From: Polyangiales bacterium | GTDB taxonomy: Bacteria; Myxococcota_A; Polyangia; Polyangiales; Ga0077539 | Length of the DNA: 57,138 nucleotides | Direction: 5' to 3' | Assembly: GCA_046351535.1 (NCBI GenBank) | Contig: JAXLYG010000023.1 | Location: 128,001 to 185,138 of the forward strand | Part shown: piece after piece, positions 16,817-24,934 of the stretch | Layout of the letters: each line of letters opens with the position of its first letter | Numbering within the stretch: position 1 is the stretch's first letter | Notes under the pieces: model-generated | What the model was told of the DNA's origin: nothing | Databases searched by the model: none | The model's input: the letters and a program-made list of their open reading frames with translations, nothing else | Made by a program: the position numbers and the translations under genes

Positions 16817-18859
16817 CTATCCCCTCGCGTCGGCGAGGGCCTTGCGACGGATGGCGACCACGCGCTCGGACTCCTTGGGGTCGACCTCGCGCATGTGATC
16901 GACGGCCCAGGTGAAGGTGCCGACGCCCTGCGTGACCGTGCGGAGCTCGGTGGCGAGCTCGCGGAGCTCGGCCTGGGGAACGAGCGCCTGGACGACGTCC
17001 CAGCCCTTCGTCTGCGGGTGCTGGTCGAAGCCGAGGAGCTGACCGCCGCGGCGCCCCGTCACGATGCGCTGCACGCGCGGCGTGAACTCGCTCGGCGTCG
17101 TGACGTGGAGCGCGAGCACGGGCTCGAGGAGCACCGGGTCGGCCTTGGGCATCGCCTCGGTGAGCGCCACGCGCGTGGCCTGCTGAAAGGCCATGTCGGA
17201 GCTGTCGACGGCGTGGTAGCTGCCGTGCGTGAGGACGACCTTCACGTCGACCACGGGGTAGCCGAGGGGGCCCTGCTTGAAGTACTCGCGCGAGCCCTTC
17301 TCCACCGAGGAGAAGTACTGCTTGGGCACCGCGCCGCCGGTCACGGTCTCGTCGAAGGCGAAGCCCTCGCCGCGGCCCATGGGGACGATGTCGATGAACA
17401 CGTCACCGAAGGCGCCGTGGCCGCCGCTCTGGTGCTTGAAGCGCCCGTGCTGCGAGACCTTCTTGCGCACGGTCTCGCGGTAGGGGACCTGCGGCGCCTC
17501 GGCGCGCACCTCGAGGCCGAAGCGGGCCTTGAGGCGGTCGAGGGCGAGGCGCAGGTGCTTGTCGCCCTGGCCCCAGAGGATGAGCTCGTGGGCCTCGGCG
17601 CTCTGCTCGACGCGGAGGCTCGGGTCTTCTTCGGTGATCTTGCCGAGGGCGCCCGAGAGCTTCACGTCGTCGCCCGCGCGCATGGGCTTGAGCGACAGCG
17701 CCACGAGGGGCTGCAGCGCGTCGACCCAGGGGAGCGCGACCATGTCCGACTCGCTCGCGCCCTGCCCCGTGTGGAGGGCGTCGAGGTGACCGAGCGCCAC
17801 GACCTCGCCCGCGCCGGCCTTCTGCACCTTGATCTGCTTGGAGCCCAGGAGCTTGTAGAGGCCCGAGACGCGGTCCTTGCCGAGGGTCATCCCGTCGGTG
17901 ACCTCGCCGCGCCAGACGCGCGCGTAGCTGAGCTTGCCGACGTGCTGTGCGTGGACGGTCTTGAAGCTCTGGACCAGCGTGTCGGCCACGGGGAGCGCGG
18001 CGCGAGAGGCCGACTCGTGGGCCTCGGGGGCCTCGTGGCGCAGGGCCTTGAGGAGGCGCCGCACGCCGTTGTCCTGCTCGGCGGAGCCGAAGAACACGTC
18101 GACGATGAGGTCCTGCTTGAGGTCGTTGCGGAGGCTCGCGTAGACCTCCTCCGGCGGCGGGTTCACGTCGTCGAGGAGCTCGGCGAGGAGGTGGTCGTCG
18201 AGGTCGGCGAGGTGCTCGAGCATCACGCGCCGCGCCTCGTGCTCCTCGGGCAGCACGGCCTCGGGGAGCTGCGCGATGGCGGCGTCTTCGTGGCCCTTGA
18301 AGCCGTACGCGCGCTCGCTCACGAGGTCGACGAAGCCCGTCACGTTCTGCCCGTCACGGAGCGGGAGCTCGCGCATGACGAGGGGCCGCGCGCTGAGCGC
18401 CTGGAGCGCCGAGAGCGTCTCCTTGAGCTTCACCGCGGAGCCCGGGACGTCGACCTTGTTCACGAACACCACGTGCGGGATCTTCCGCTCGTCGAGGAGG
18501 CTCAGCAGGGGCGAGACCGCCGCCGCGCGCGACGGGTCGGCGTCGACCACCACCACGGCCACGTCCGCCACGAGGAGCCCGTGCATCGACTCCTGCCAGA
18601 ACTCCGAGGAGCCCGGGCAATCGATGAAGGTCCATCGCTCTCCCTCGTACTCCGCGCTCGCGACCGCGAGCTCGGCGCCGACGCCGCGGCTCTTCGCGTC
18701 CGAGGCAAGGTCACCGAGGGTGCTGTGGTCCTTCGCGCTGCCCTTCTTCGCGAGCGCGCCGCACGAGAGCAGCAGCGCCTCGAGCAGCGAGGTCTTTCCA
18801 GTCATCGACGGCCCCACCAGGGCCGCCACGCGCGGTGCGCGCAGGGTCTTTCCTTCCAC
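16817..18859 (-). CDS. elongation factor G-like GTPase (EF-G paralogue)
   Basis: G1 GPSMTGKTS, DCPG, NKVD, and domains II-V with EF-G-like sequence to the C-terminus. The GTG start at 18859 is my choice; the ATG at 18967 adds a non-EF-G-like leader. Confidence 0.75.
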   Translation of the reverse strand: MEGKTLRAPRVAALVGPSMTGKTSLLEALLLSCGALAKKGSAKDHSTLGDLASDAKSRGVGAELAVASAEYEGERWTFIDCPGSSEFWQESMHGLLVADVAVVVVDADPSRAAAVSPLLSLLDERKIPHVVFVNKVDVPGSAVKLKETLSALQALSARPLVMRELPLRDGQNVTGFVDLVSERAYGFKGHEDAAIAQLPEAVLPEEHEARRVMLEHLADLDDHLLAELLDDVNPPPEEVYASLRNDLKQDLIVDVFFGSAEQDNGVRRLLKALRHEAPEAHESASRAALPVADTLVQSFKTVHAQHVGKLSYARVWRGEVTDGMTLGKDRVSGLYKLLGSKQIKVQKAGAGEVVALGHLDALHTGQGASESDMVALPWVDALQPLVALSLKPMRAGDDVKLSGALGKITEEDPSLRVEQSAEAHELILWGQGDKHLRLALDRLKARFGLEVRAEAPQVPYRETVRKKVSQHGRFKHQSGGHGAFGDVFIDIVPMGRGEGFAFDETVTGGAVPKQYFSSVEKGSREYFKQGPLGYPVVDVKVVLTHGSYHAVDSSDMAFQQATRVALTEAMPKADPVLLEPVLALHVTTPSEFTPRVQRIVTGRRGGQLLGFDQHPQTKGWDVVQALVPQAELRELATELRTVTQGVGTFTWAVDHMREVDPKESERVVAIRRKALADARG

Positions 18860-19037
18860 GTCTTCCTCCAACGAAACGGACGTTTCGTGGGCGCGCTCCG
18901 CTGCAAGTACGGTGCGCACGCACTGCGGCCGTAGAAGCGCCCACATCGCCGCCCATCTCGCGCACATTCATCGCAGGCGTTCGTGCGGCGGGTCAAGCGG
19001 TGCGCGGCCCCCGCGAGGGTTTCCGTCTGCCCCAAGT

Positions 19038-19077
19038 GATCAATTGGTGCGAGGGAGCCTCGATCCCTCGATTGATC
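19038..19077. promoter_or_regulatory. about 40-bp nested palindrome in divergent intergenic region (candidate operator)
   Basis: gatcaat-tggtg-cgaggga-gcctcga-tccctcg-attgatc. Outer arms gatcaat/attgatc and inner arms cgaggga/tccctcg. Locally AT-rich for this genome. Lies between the divergent EF-G-like and PAS genes. Confidence 0.4.
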
Positions 19078-19125
19078 GTGTGATAGCCACGGAGGCCCAC
19101 CCGCGCGTCGCCGCGCACGAGCCCG

Positions 19126-20481
19126 ATGGCCAAGAGCACCTCCACCGCGCCGACGCCTTTCGACCTCGCGACCGACCCGCTTCGAATCGTCCGACTCGCG
19201 ATCGACAACGCCAGCGAGGGGCTCTCGGTGACGACGCCCGACGGGGTGGTGATCTTCGCCAACGAGTCCGCCGCGAGCCTGCTCGGGCTCCCCCTCGACC
19301 AGATCGTCGGTCGCCACGTGTGGGACCTCGACCCGACCTACTCCTTCGAGCGCTGGTCGGCCACGCTCGCCGTGCTGCGCGCGCGGGGACGCTTCGAAGC
19401 CCGAGGCGCCCTCCTCCGCCCCGACGGCCACGAGGACATGCTCGAAGCGCTGGCCATCATGGTGCTCGACGAGGGCCGCGAGTTCGTCGTGACGCGGACC
19501 CGCGACGTCACCGCGGAGCACCTGCTCTCGATCGAGCGCCGCAAGAAGGACGAGCACGAGCGCGAGGAGGCCCTCCAGCGCGCGCGCCTCGAAGGCCTCG
19601 GTCATCGCATGAACGAGATCGAGCTCGTGCTCACCGAGGACGGCGCCGTCGTCGAGGCCAACGACCACGCCGTCACGGCCTACGGGCTCAGCCGCGACGA
19701 GCTCCGCACGCGCAACATCCGCGACCTGCGACCGCCGGACGGGCGGGGCAACGTGGGGGCCATGATGCAGCGCGCGATCTGCGAGGGCGGCCTGCGCTTT
19801 CGCGCGGAGCACCTCCGCAGCGACGGGACCGTGTTCCCCGTCGAGGTGAGCTCGCGGCCCTTCACGGTCAACGGCGCGCTCTACCTCCACAGCCTCGTGC
19901 GCGACCTCACCGAGGAGCTCCGCGTCGACGCCGACCGGCACCTCCTCGCGGGGCTCATCTCGAACATGCGCGACGCGGTGATCGTCACCGACGCGTCGCT
20001 GCGCATCACGCGCTTCGCGGGCGCCGCCGAGGCCATCTACGGCGTCCGCGAGTCCGACGTGGTCGGTCGCGAGCCGCTCGCGGGCATCGGCCTCGACGCC
20101 TCGGAGCCGTCGAGCGCCGACTTCATCGCGCGCATGCGCTCGGGCGAGAGCGCCCGCACGAGCCACACGCTCCGCCGCAGCGACGGCACCACGGTCGACC
20201 TCGACGTGATCGCGAGCCCCCTCCGAGACGCTGGCGGCGCGGTGACGGGCCACCTCCTCGTGAGCCGCGACGTGTCGGCGCAGAAGGCGCTCGAGCGCGA
20301 GCTCCGCGACGCGCTCCAGAGCGTGAAGACGCTGAGCGGGCTCGTGCCGATCTGCGCGTGGTGCAAGAAGATCCGCAACGACGAGGGCTACTGGGATCGC
20401 CTGGAGCACTACCTCAGCGAGCACACCGAGGCGCACTTCACCCACGGCATGTGCCCCGACTGCGCGAACAAGTGGCGTTGA
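19126..20481 (+). CDS. multi-PAS domain sensor protein with C-terminal Cys/His mini-domain
   Basis: Three PAS-like blocks, then LVPICAWCKKIRNDEGYWDRLEHYLSEHTEAHFTHGMCPDCANKWR (CxxC...H..H...CxxC). No kinase or GGDEF output domain. Confidence 0.7.
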   Translation: MAKSTSTAPTPFDLATDPLRIVRLAIDNASEGLSVTTPDGVVIFANESAASLLGLPLDQIVGRHVWDLDPTYSFERWSATLAVLRARGRFEARGALLRPDGHEDMLEALAIMVLDEGREFVVTRTRDVTAEHLLSIERRKKDEHEREEALQRARLEGLGHRMNEIELVLTEDGAVVEANDHAVTAYGLSRDELRTRNIRDLRPPDGRGNVGAMMQRAICEGGLRFRAEHLRSDGTVFPVEVSSRPFTVNGALYLHSLVRDLTEELRVDADRHLLAGLISNMRDAVIVTDASLRITRFAGAAEAIYGVRESDVVGREPLAGIGLDASEPSSADFIARMRSGESARTSHTLRRSDGTTVDLDVIASPLRDAGGAVTGHLLVSRDVSAQKALERELRDALQSVKTLSGLVPICAWCKKIRNDEGYWDRLEHYLSEHTEAHFTHGMCPDCANKWR

Positions 20482-20494
20482 GCCGCGCCGTCGC

Positions 20495-21520
20495 TCAGCC
20501 CGCGGTGCCCGTTCGCTCGTCGCTGCCGAGGAGGTCGTCGTTGCCCACGGCGTCGCCGATCTCTTCGGGTCGCTCGGTGTCGCGCGCGCCGGGCCCCTCG
20601 GACATGAGCGCGAGGCGGAGCGTGATCGCCGAGAGGGCCGCGCGCATCGCGCTGATCTCGCGCGCGGTCTCCTCCCAGCGGGCGTTGCTCGCGAGCTCCT
20701 GCGCGTCGTGCTGCGCGAGGCGTCGGCCCGTGGCGGCCTCGTCGCGCTGCCGCGGCGCCTGTCGCTCGGCGCGGGCGAGCTGCTTGCGCGCGCTGGCGGC
20801 GTCGGCGCGGGCCTGATCGGCCTCCTCGCGGCTGCGGCGCGCGTCCTCGTTCGCGCGACCGAGGAGCGAGCGGGCGCGCTCCTCGGACTCCTTGGTGCGT
20901 CGGAGGTCGTCGGTGAGCGCGCTCGCGAGGAGCCGGTAGCGCCCCGCGTCGTTGCGCGCCCGCGTGAGCTCCGCGGCGGCCTTCGAAGCGCCCTCCTTCG
21001 CGCGGTCGTGCTCCGTCGTGAGCCGCTCGACCTGCGCCTGGAGGCGCTCGCACTCGGCCCTCGCGCGATCGTCGACTGCCTGGAGCGACGCGTACGCCGC
21101 GCGCAGCGTCGAGAGCTCATCTTCGAGCTTCACGAGCTGGTCCCTGAGCTGCCCGTCGGGCGCCTCGGCGGTGTCTTTCTCTGTCACGGGCGCGTCGGTC
21201 TGCTTGCGGATCCGCGCCACCTCCGACTGGAGCGACATGCAGGTCTTCCGCGTGCGCTGGAGGGTCGTTCGCGTCTGCGTGAGCTCGATGTTGAGCCGCG
21301 TCGCCTCGACCTTCGCCTCCGCCGCGGAGCCGCGGAGCCACTCGGCCTCGGCGTGCGCGGTGGAGGCGACGGACCTCGCGTCGAAGGCGGACTTGCGCGC
21401 GCCTTCGAGCTCGATGCGCAGGGCCTCGCGCGCGCCCTGACCGCGCCACAGGCCGAAGAGGTAGCCCGCCAGGAGGGTCGACGTGACGGCGCCGACCACG
21501 AGCGCGACGGTGACGATCAT
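20495..21520 (-). CDS. membrane-anchored coiled-coil protein
   Basis: ATG at 21520 (MIVTVALVVGAVTSTLLAGYLFGLW, a TM helix), then about 300 aa of Ala/Glu/Arg coiled coil. The upstream part of the ORF is Arg/Pro shadow. Confidence 0.55.
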   Translation of the reverse strand: MIVTVALVVGAVTSTLLAGYLFGLWRGQGAREALRIELEGARKSAFDARSVASTAHAEAEWLRGSAAEAKVEATRLNIELTQTRTTLQRTRKTCMSLQSEVARIRKQTDAPVTEKDTAEAPDGQLRDQLVKLEDELSTLRAAYASLQAVDDRARAECERLQAQVERLTTEHDRAKEGASKAAAELTRARNDAGRYRLLASALTDDLRRTKESEERARSLLGRANEDARRSREEADQARADAASARKQLARAERQAPRQRDEAATGRRLAQHDAQELASNARWEETAREISAMRAALSAITLRLALMSEGPGARDTERPEEIGDAVGNDDLLGSDERTGTAG

Positions 21521-21816
21521 GAGCGCGCTCCGCGGAGCTCGGAGGTCGGGTCGGCGGGCGCGAGGGCGCGGTGCTGCGGCGCGGGAGGGAGCCCCGCGGC
21601 CGTGATGCGCCGGATGGCGAGCACCGTGAAGCACACGCCGAGGGCGCAGAACACGAGGGCGAAGACCACGGGGAGCGACTCGCCGAGGGGGCGATCGGCG
21701 CCGGGCGCCGGGGCCGTCGAAGCGTCGCGCGAGGCGAACCACCGGGGCAAGGCGAGGCGTCGCGCTCTCTGCCCGCGGGGGCCCTTCGACGGCTCAGGGT
21801 TCACCTGCTCGCTCAT
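21517..21816 (-). CDS. small membrane protein (99 aa)
   Basis: MSEQVNPEPS...LPVVFALVFCALGVCFTVLAIRR, one TM helix. Its stop overlaps the start of the coiled-coil gene (ATGA). Confidence 0.4.
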   Translation of the reverse strand: MSEQVNPEPSKGPRGQRARRLALPRWFASRDASTAPAPGADRPLGESLPVVFALVFCALGVCFTVLAIRRITAAGLPPAPQHRALAPADPTSELRGARS

Positions 21817-21983
21817 CGTGTCGCTCTCTCTGTGGAGGGGAGTGAAGTGCTGTGTCCGCGCGCCTCCGCGGTCGGCGACCCCGACGGCGCTCTCACCAGT
21901 GCTCAACGGAGGAACGAGGAGAAAACACGAGTCGGAAACGACCCCCGAAGCGCGCGGGCGTCGGGGCCGTGGTCGGGCCGCGG

Positions 21984-23591
21984 TCAGGGGCGGCAGATGC
22001 GGCGGCGTACGCGCGACGCGAAGCCCGCCATTGTCTCGGCGTACGAGCTCGCGCAGATGGAGCCGAGGACGCCGTTGCCGTAGCGGTCGTCGAAGCGGCG
22101 GACGACCTGCGCGATGCGCCGCGAGGGCCACGCGAAGTACTGGTCGGTGGCGGAGCACGAGGTCGTCGGCGAGGAGCCCTGGCGGCGGCACGCGGGGACG
22201 ACGCGCGTGGAGCACATGGGGTCCATGTTGCGCTGGCGCATCGAGACGGGGCCCTCGGCGCTCATGGCGACGTAGCCGTCGGAGCCGTCGGCGCTGCGTC
22301 CGAGGAGGGCGTCCCAGTCCGTCGATCCGTCGGCGCGTCGGGGCTGCGCGAGGGGAACGCCCGCGATGGCGCCCACCACGACGAGGTCGGGGCGGCCGGG
22401 CTTGAGCGAGGTGAAGCCTCGGGCGGGGCGCGCGGGATCCATGTAGCGGTCGAGGGACCACGTCGGGTCTTGCGGCCCGCCCGGCGTGTACATGTAGAAC
22501 CGGAGGTTGAGGTCCGACGACGCCCAGCTCATCGAGAGGAAGTCGAAGACCGCGATCGCGTCGTTGCAGGGCTGCCCCGCCTCGGCGTAGCGGCAGTCGC
22601 GCGTGGAGCCGTCTTCTTCATCGGTGACGAAGAGCACGCCGAGCACGGCGTCGTTGCGCACGAAGCCCGCGTTGGGGTCGCGGTTGCCGACCTGCTCGCG
22701 GGGGTTGCGGATCACGAGCGCGCGGTACGCCGACTCGAGCTGCTGTTCGAGTCCGCAGCCTCCGATCGAGAGGTACGCGTTGCACACGAAGTCCTCGCGG
22801 AACGCCGCCGTGTCCGAGGTCGCCGACGTGTACGAGAGGAAGCTCGGGTACTGCGTGGGGTCCATCGTGCAGCGCGCGGGGCGACGTCCGTCGGGCGCCG
22901 TCGTCCACGGCTGGTGCGCGCGCAGCGCGAAGCCGTTGCGAATGGGGTTGAGCAGCCCGTCGTCGCCCGTGTCGCTGTTGGCGCACGAGGGCACGACGAC
23001 GCCGGGCGTCCCGAGGTCCGCCGACACGACGCCGATGTGAACGTCTCGCAGCGGCGTGCTCGTCGCGTCGGCGCGAATGAGCCCGTCGAGGAGCGAGCCG
23101 AACTGGGCGGCGACGGTGGCCTGGTTCTCGGCCATCGAGTTCGAGTTGTCGATCACGAACAGGAGGTCGAGCGCGCCCGTGGGCGAGCAGCTCGAACCTC
23201 CATCGCTCGGCGGGAGATCGGGCGTGGGCACGTCGGGCGCGGGCACGTCGGGCGCGGGCACGTCGGGCGCGGGCGTGTCGCCGATGGGCAGGTCGGGTGC
23301 GGGCACATCGAGCGGCGCGTCACTCATCACGCGATCGAAGAGGGGCGCATCCGACACGGGCGTGTCCATCGCGGGCGTATCCGTCACGGGCGTGTCCGTC
23401 ACGGGCGCATCCGTCACGGGCGTGTCCATCACGGGCGCGTCGGTGATGGGTGTGTCGGTGATGGGCGTGTCGGTGACGGGCGCGTCGGGGCCTGCGTCGG
23501 GGGTGGCGGTGACCGACGACGAACAGGCCGCGAGGCCGAGCAGCGCGAAGGCCGCGAGGCGCGAGGTGGAGCGCGTTGAGGAGGGCTGCAT
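21984..23591 (-). CDS. secreted lipoprotein with P-[VI]-TDTP tandem repeats and von Willebrand factor A-like domain
   Basis: Lipobox LLGLAACSSS. About 15 repeats of PxTDTP/PAPDV (DNA tandem repeats 23215..23520). LDLLFVIDNSNSMAENQ is a vWA MIDAS-like DxSxS motif. Cys-rich C-terminus. Confidence 0.65.
   Translation of the reverse strand: MQPSSTRSTSRLAAFALLGLAACSSSVTATPDAGPDAPVTDTPITDTPITDAPVMDTPVTDAPVTDTPVTDTPAMDTPVSDAPLFDRVMSDAPLDVPAPDLPIGDTPAPDVPAPDVPAPDVPTPDLPPSDGGSSCSPTGALDLLFVIDNSNSMAENQATVAAQFGSLLDGLIRADATSTPLRDVHIGVVSADLGTPGVVVPSCANSDTGDDGLLNPIRNGFALRAHQPWTTAPDGRRPARCTMDPTQYPSFLSYTSATSDTAAFREDFVCNAYLSIGGCGLEQQLESAYRALVIRNPREQVGNRDPNAGFVRNDAVLGVLFVTDEEDGSTRDCRYAEAGQPCNDAIAVFDFLSMSWASSDLNLRFYMYTPGGPQDPTWSLDRYMDPARPARGFTSLKPGRPDLVVVGAIAGVPLAQPRRADGSTDWDALLGRSADGSDGYVAMSAEGPVSMRQRNMDPMCSTRVVPACRRQGSSPTTSCSATDQYFAWPSRRIAQVVRRFDDRYGNGVLGSICASSYAETMAGFASRVRRRICRP
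23215..23520. repeat. coding tandem repeats (18-bp units) encoding P-x-TDTP/PAPDV linker
   Basis: Repeated cacgtcgggcgcgggc and cgtcacgggcgtgtcc units visible in the sequence. Confidence 0.7.
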
Positions 23592-23773
23592 GCGAGAGAT
23601 CTCCCAGTGGGGTCACGTTGTCGCAGAGCGCCCTCGCGGGTGTCCAGCAGCACGGAATCGGAACGCTCTCGCAGCCGCGGGACATGGGCGTCCGAGGGGG
23701 AAATCACCGTTGACTTTCGATGTATTCTGATGTAGGCGTCGCGCCCGTCGAGAGACAAGAATCGAGGACGACG

Positions 23774-24748
23774 ATGCGCGCGATGAAGTGGGTGCTGGTG
23801 CTGTCGATGGCCGCGGGCTGCGGGCACGAGGCGCTCGACGAAGAGGGCGCGACGGTCTCCGCGGTCGAGTCGCCGACGCTGACGTTCAGGGCCGACTGGA
23901 CCCGCAGCGTGACGGGCGAGCTCACGGCGGGGAGCTCGGTGCGCGTGGTGTATGACGCCGCGCGGCTGCCCCAGTGCCGCGGCGAGCAGAACGGGTATCA
24001 GCTCTGGTCGATCACGGGGTACTACCGGGTGAACGGCGGAGCGGCGCAGAGCTTCCCCGTGGCGCCCGCGTCGGTGCAGACGCCGACGCCCGCGGTGATC
24101 ACGCTGCCCGACGTGCAGGGCACGCTGGAGATGTGGTTCCAGAACAACAACCGCTGGGGCTGCAACGCGTACGACTCGAACTACGGGGCGAACTACACCT
24201 TCCGCGTGGGCCCCAACGCGCGCGCGCCGGGCTGGATCGGCGACGGCGCCGTGGTGATCTCTCGCGCGACCTGCTCGGGCGGCTTCGCGTGCGACAGCGA
24301 CCGCAGGCCCATCACCACCCCGTGGACCTACGAGACCTGGGCCCGTCAGCGCGCGGCCATCCGCACCGTCTCCTTCGACGTGTGGAAGCAGGGCGTGACC
24401 GACCGCGACAACCCCGACCTCTGGCGTCAGCTCGACGTGCAGATGCGCTACCGCTTCGGCACCTCGGGCGCCTTCGCGATGCGCTACGTGAGCTTCGAAC
24501 GCCGCGTCGGCAACAACGCGCGCTACACCGTCGACCTCCGCGGCGTCGACCCGCTGCCCGACTTCCCCGCGCTCACGGCGTGCCCGAGCTTCGCGCTCAC
24601 GGCCTCGCCCGACGGGACGCTCGTCTCCACGAGCTTCGAGTACTACTTCACCGTCAACGGCGTCGAGTACCGCCCCTCCCCCGGCGCGACCTTCAGGGCC
24701 ACGTTCACCAACTACAAGACCCCGCTCCTCGCCACCTGCCTGCGCTGA
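23774..24748 (+). CDS. hypothetical lipoprotein (324 aa)
   Basis: ATG at 23774 (MRAMKWVLVLSMAAGCGHE, a lipobox). Balanced composition with many W/Y/N. I recognise no domain. Confidence 0.5.
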   Translation: MRAMKWVLVLSMAAGCGHEALDEEGATVSAVESPTLTFRADWTRSVTGELTAGSSVRVVYDAARLPQCRGEQNGYQLWSITGYYRVNGGAAQSFPVAPASVQTPTPAVITLPDVQGTLEMWFQNNNRWGCNAYDSNYGANYTFRVGPNARAPGWIGDGAVVISRATCSGGFACDSDRRPITTPWTYETWARQRAAIRTVSFDVWKQGVTDRDNPDLWRQLDVQMRYRFGTSGAFAMRYVSFERRVGNNARYTVDLRGVDPLPDFPALTACPSFALTASPDGTLVSTSFEYYFTVNGVEYRPSPGATFRATFTNYKTPLLATCLR

Positions 24749-24934
24749 CCGGCGCCTGTCGACGACCGTCGACACCTGTCGCGCCGCGACCTCACCCCGT
24801 CGACCGCCGCGCCCCTGCGAACAAAGCGAATTCCGTCTGGCTGCGCGCGTGCATCGCCGCGCCCTGGCCGCGGTACGCTTGCCGCGTCCTCGCAGACGAG
24901 CGCTGCCCCCACCCCACACCCCGACGCCAGCCCC

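Noticed and set aside
23215-23520. Possible CRISPR-like regular repeats
   Set aside because: The repeats are 18-bp in-frame coding units for a Pro/Thr/Asp linker. There are no unique spacers and no cas genes nearby. The same applies to 25060..25160 and 47900..48520.
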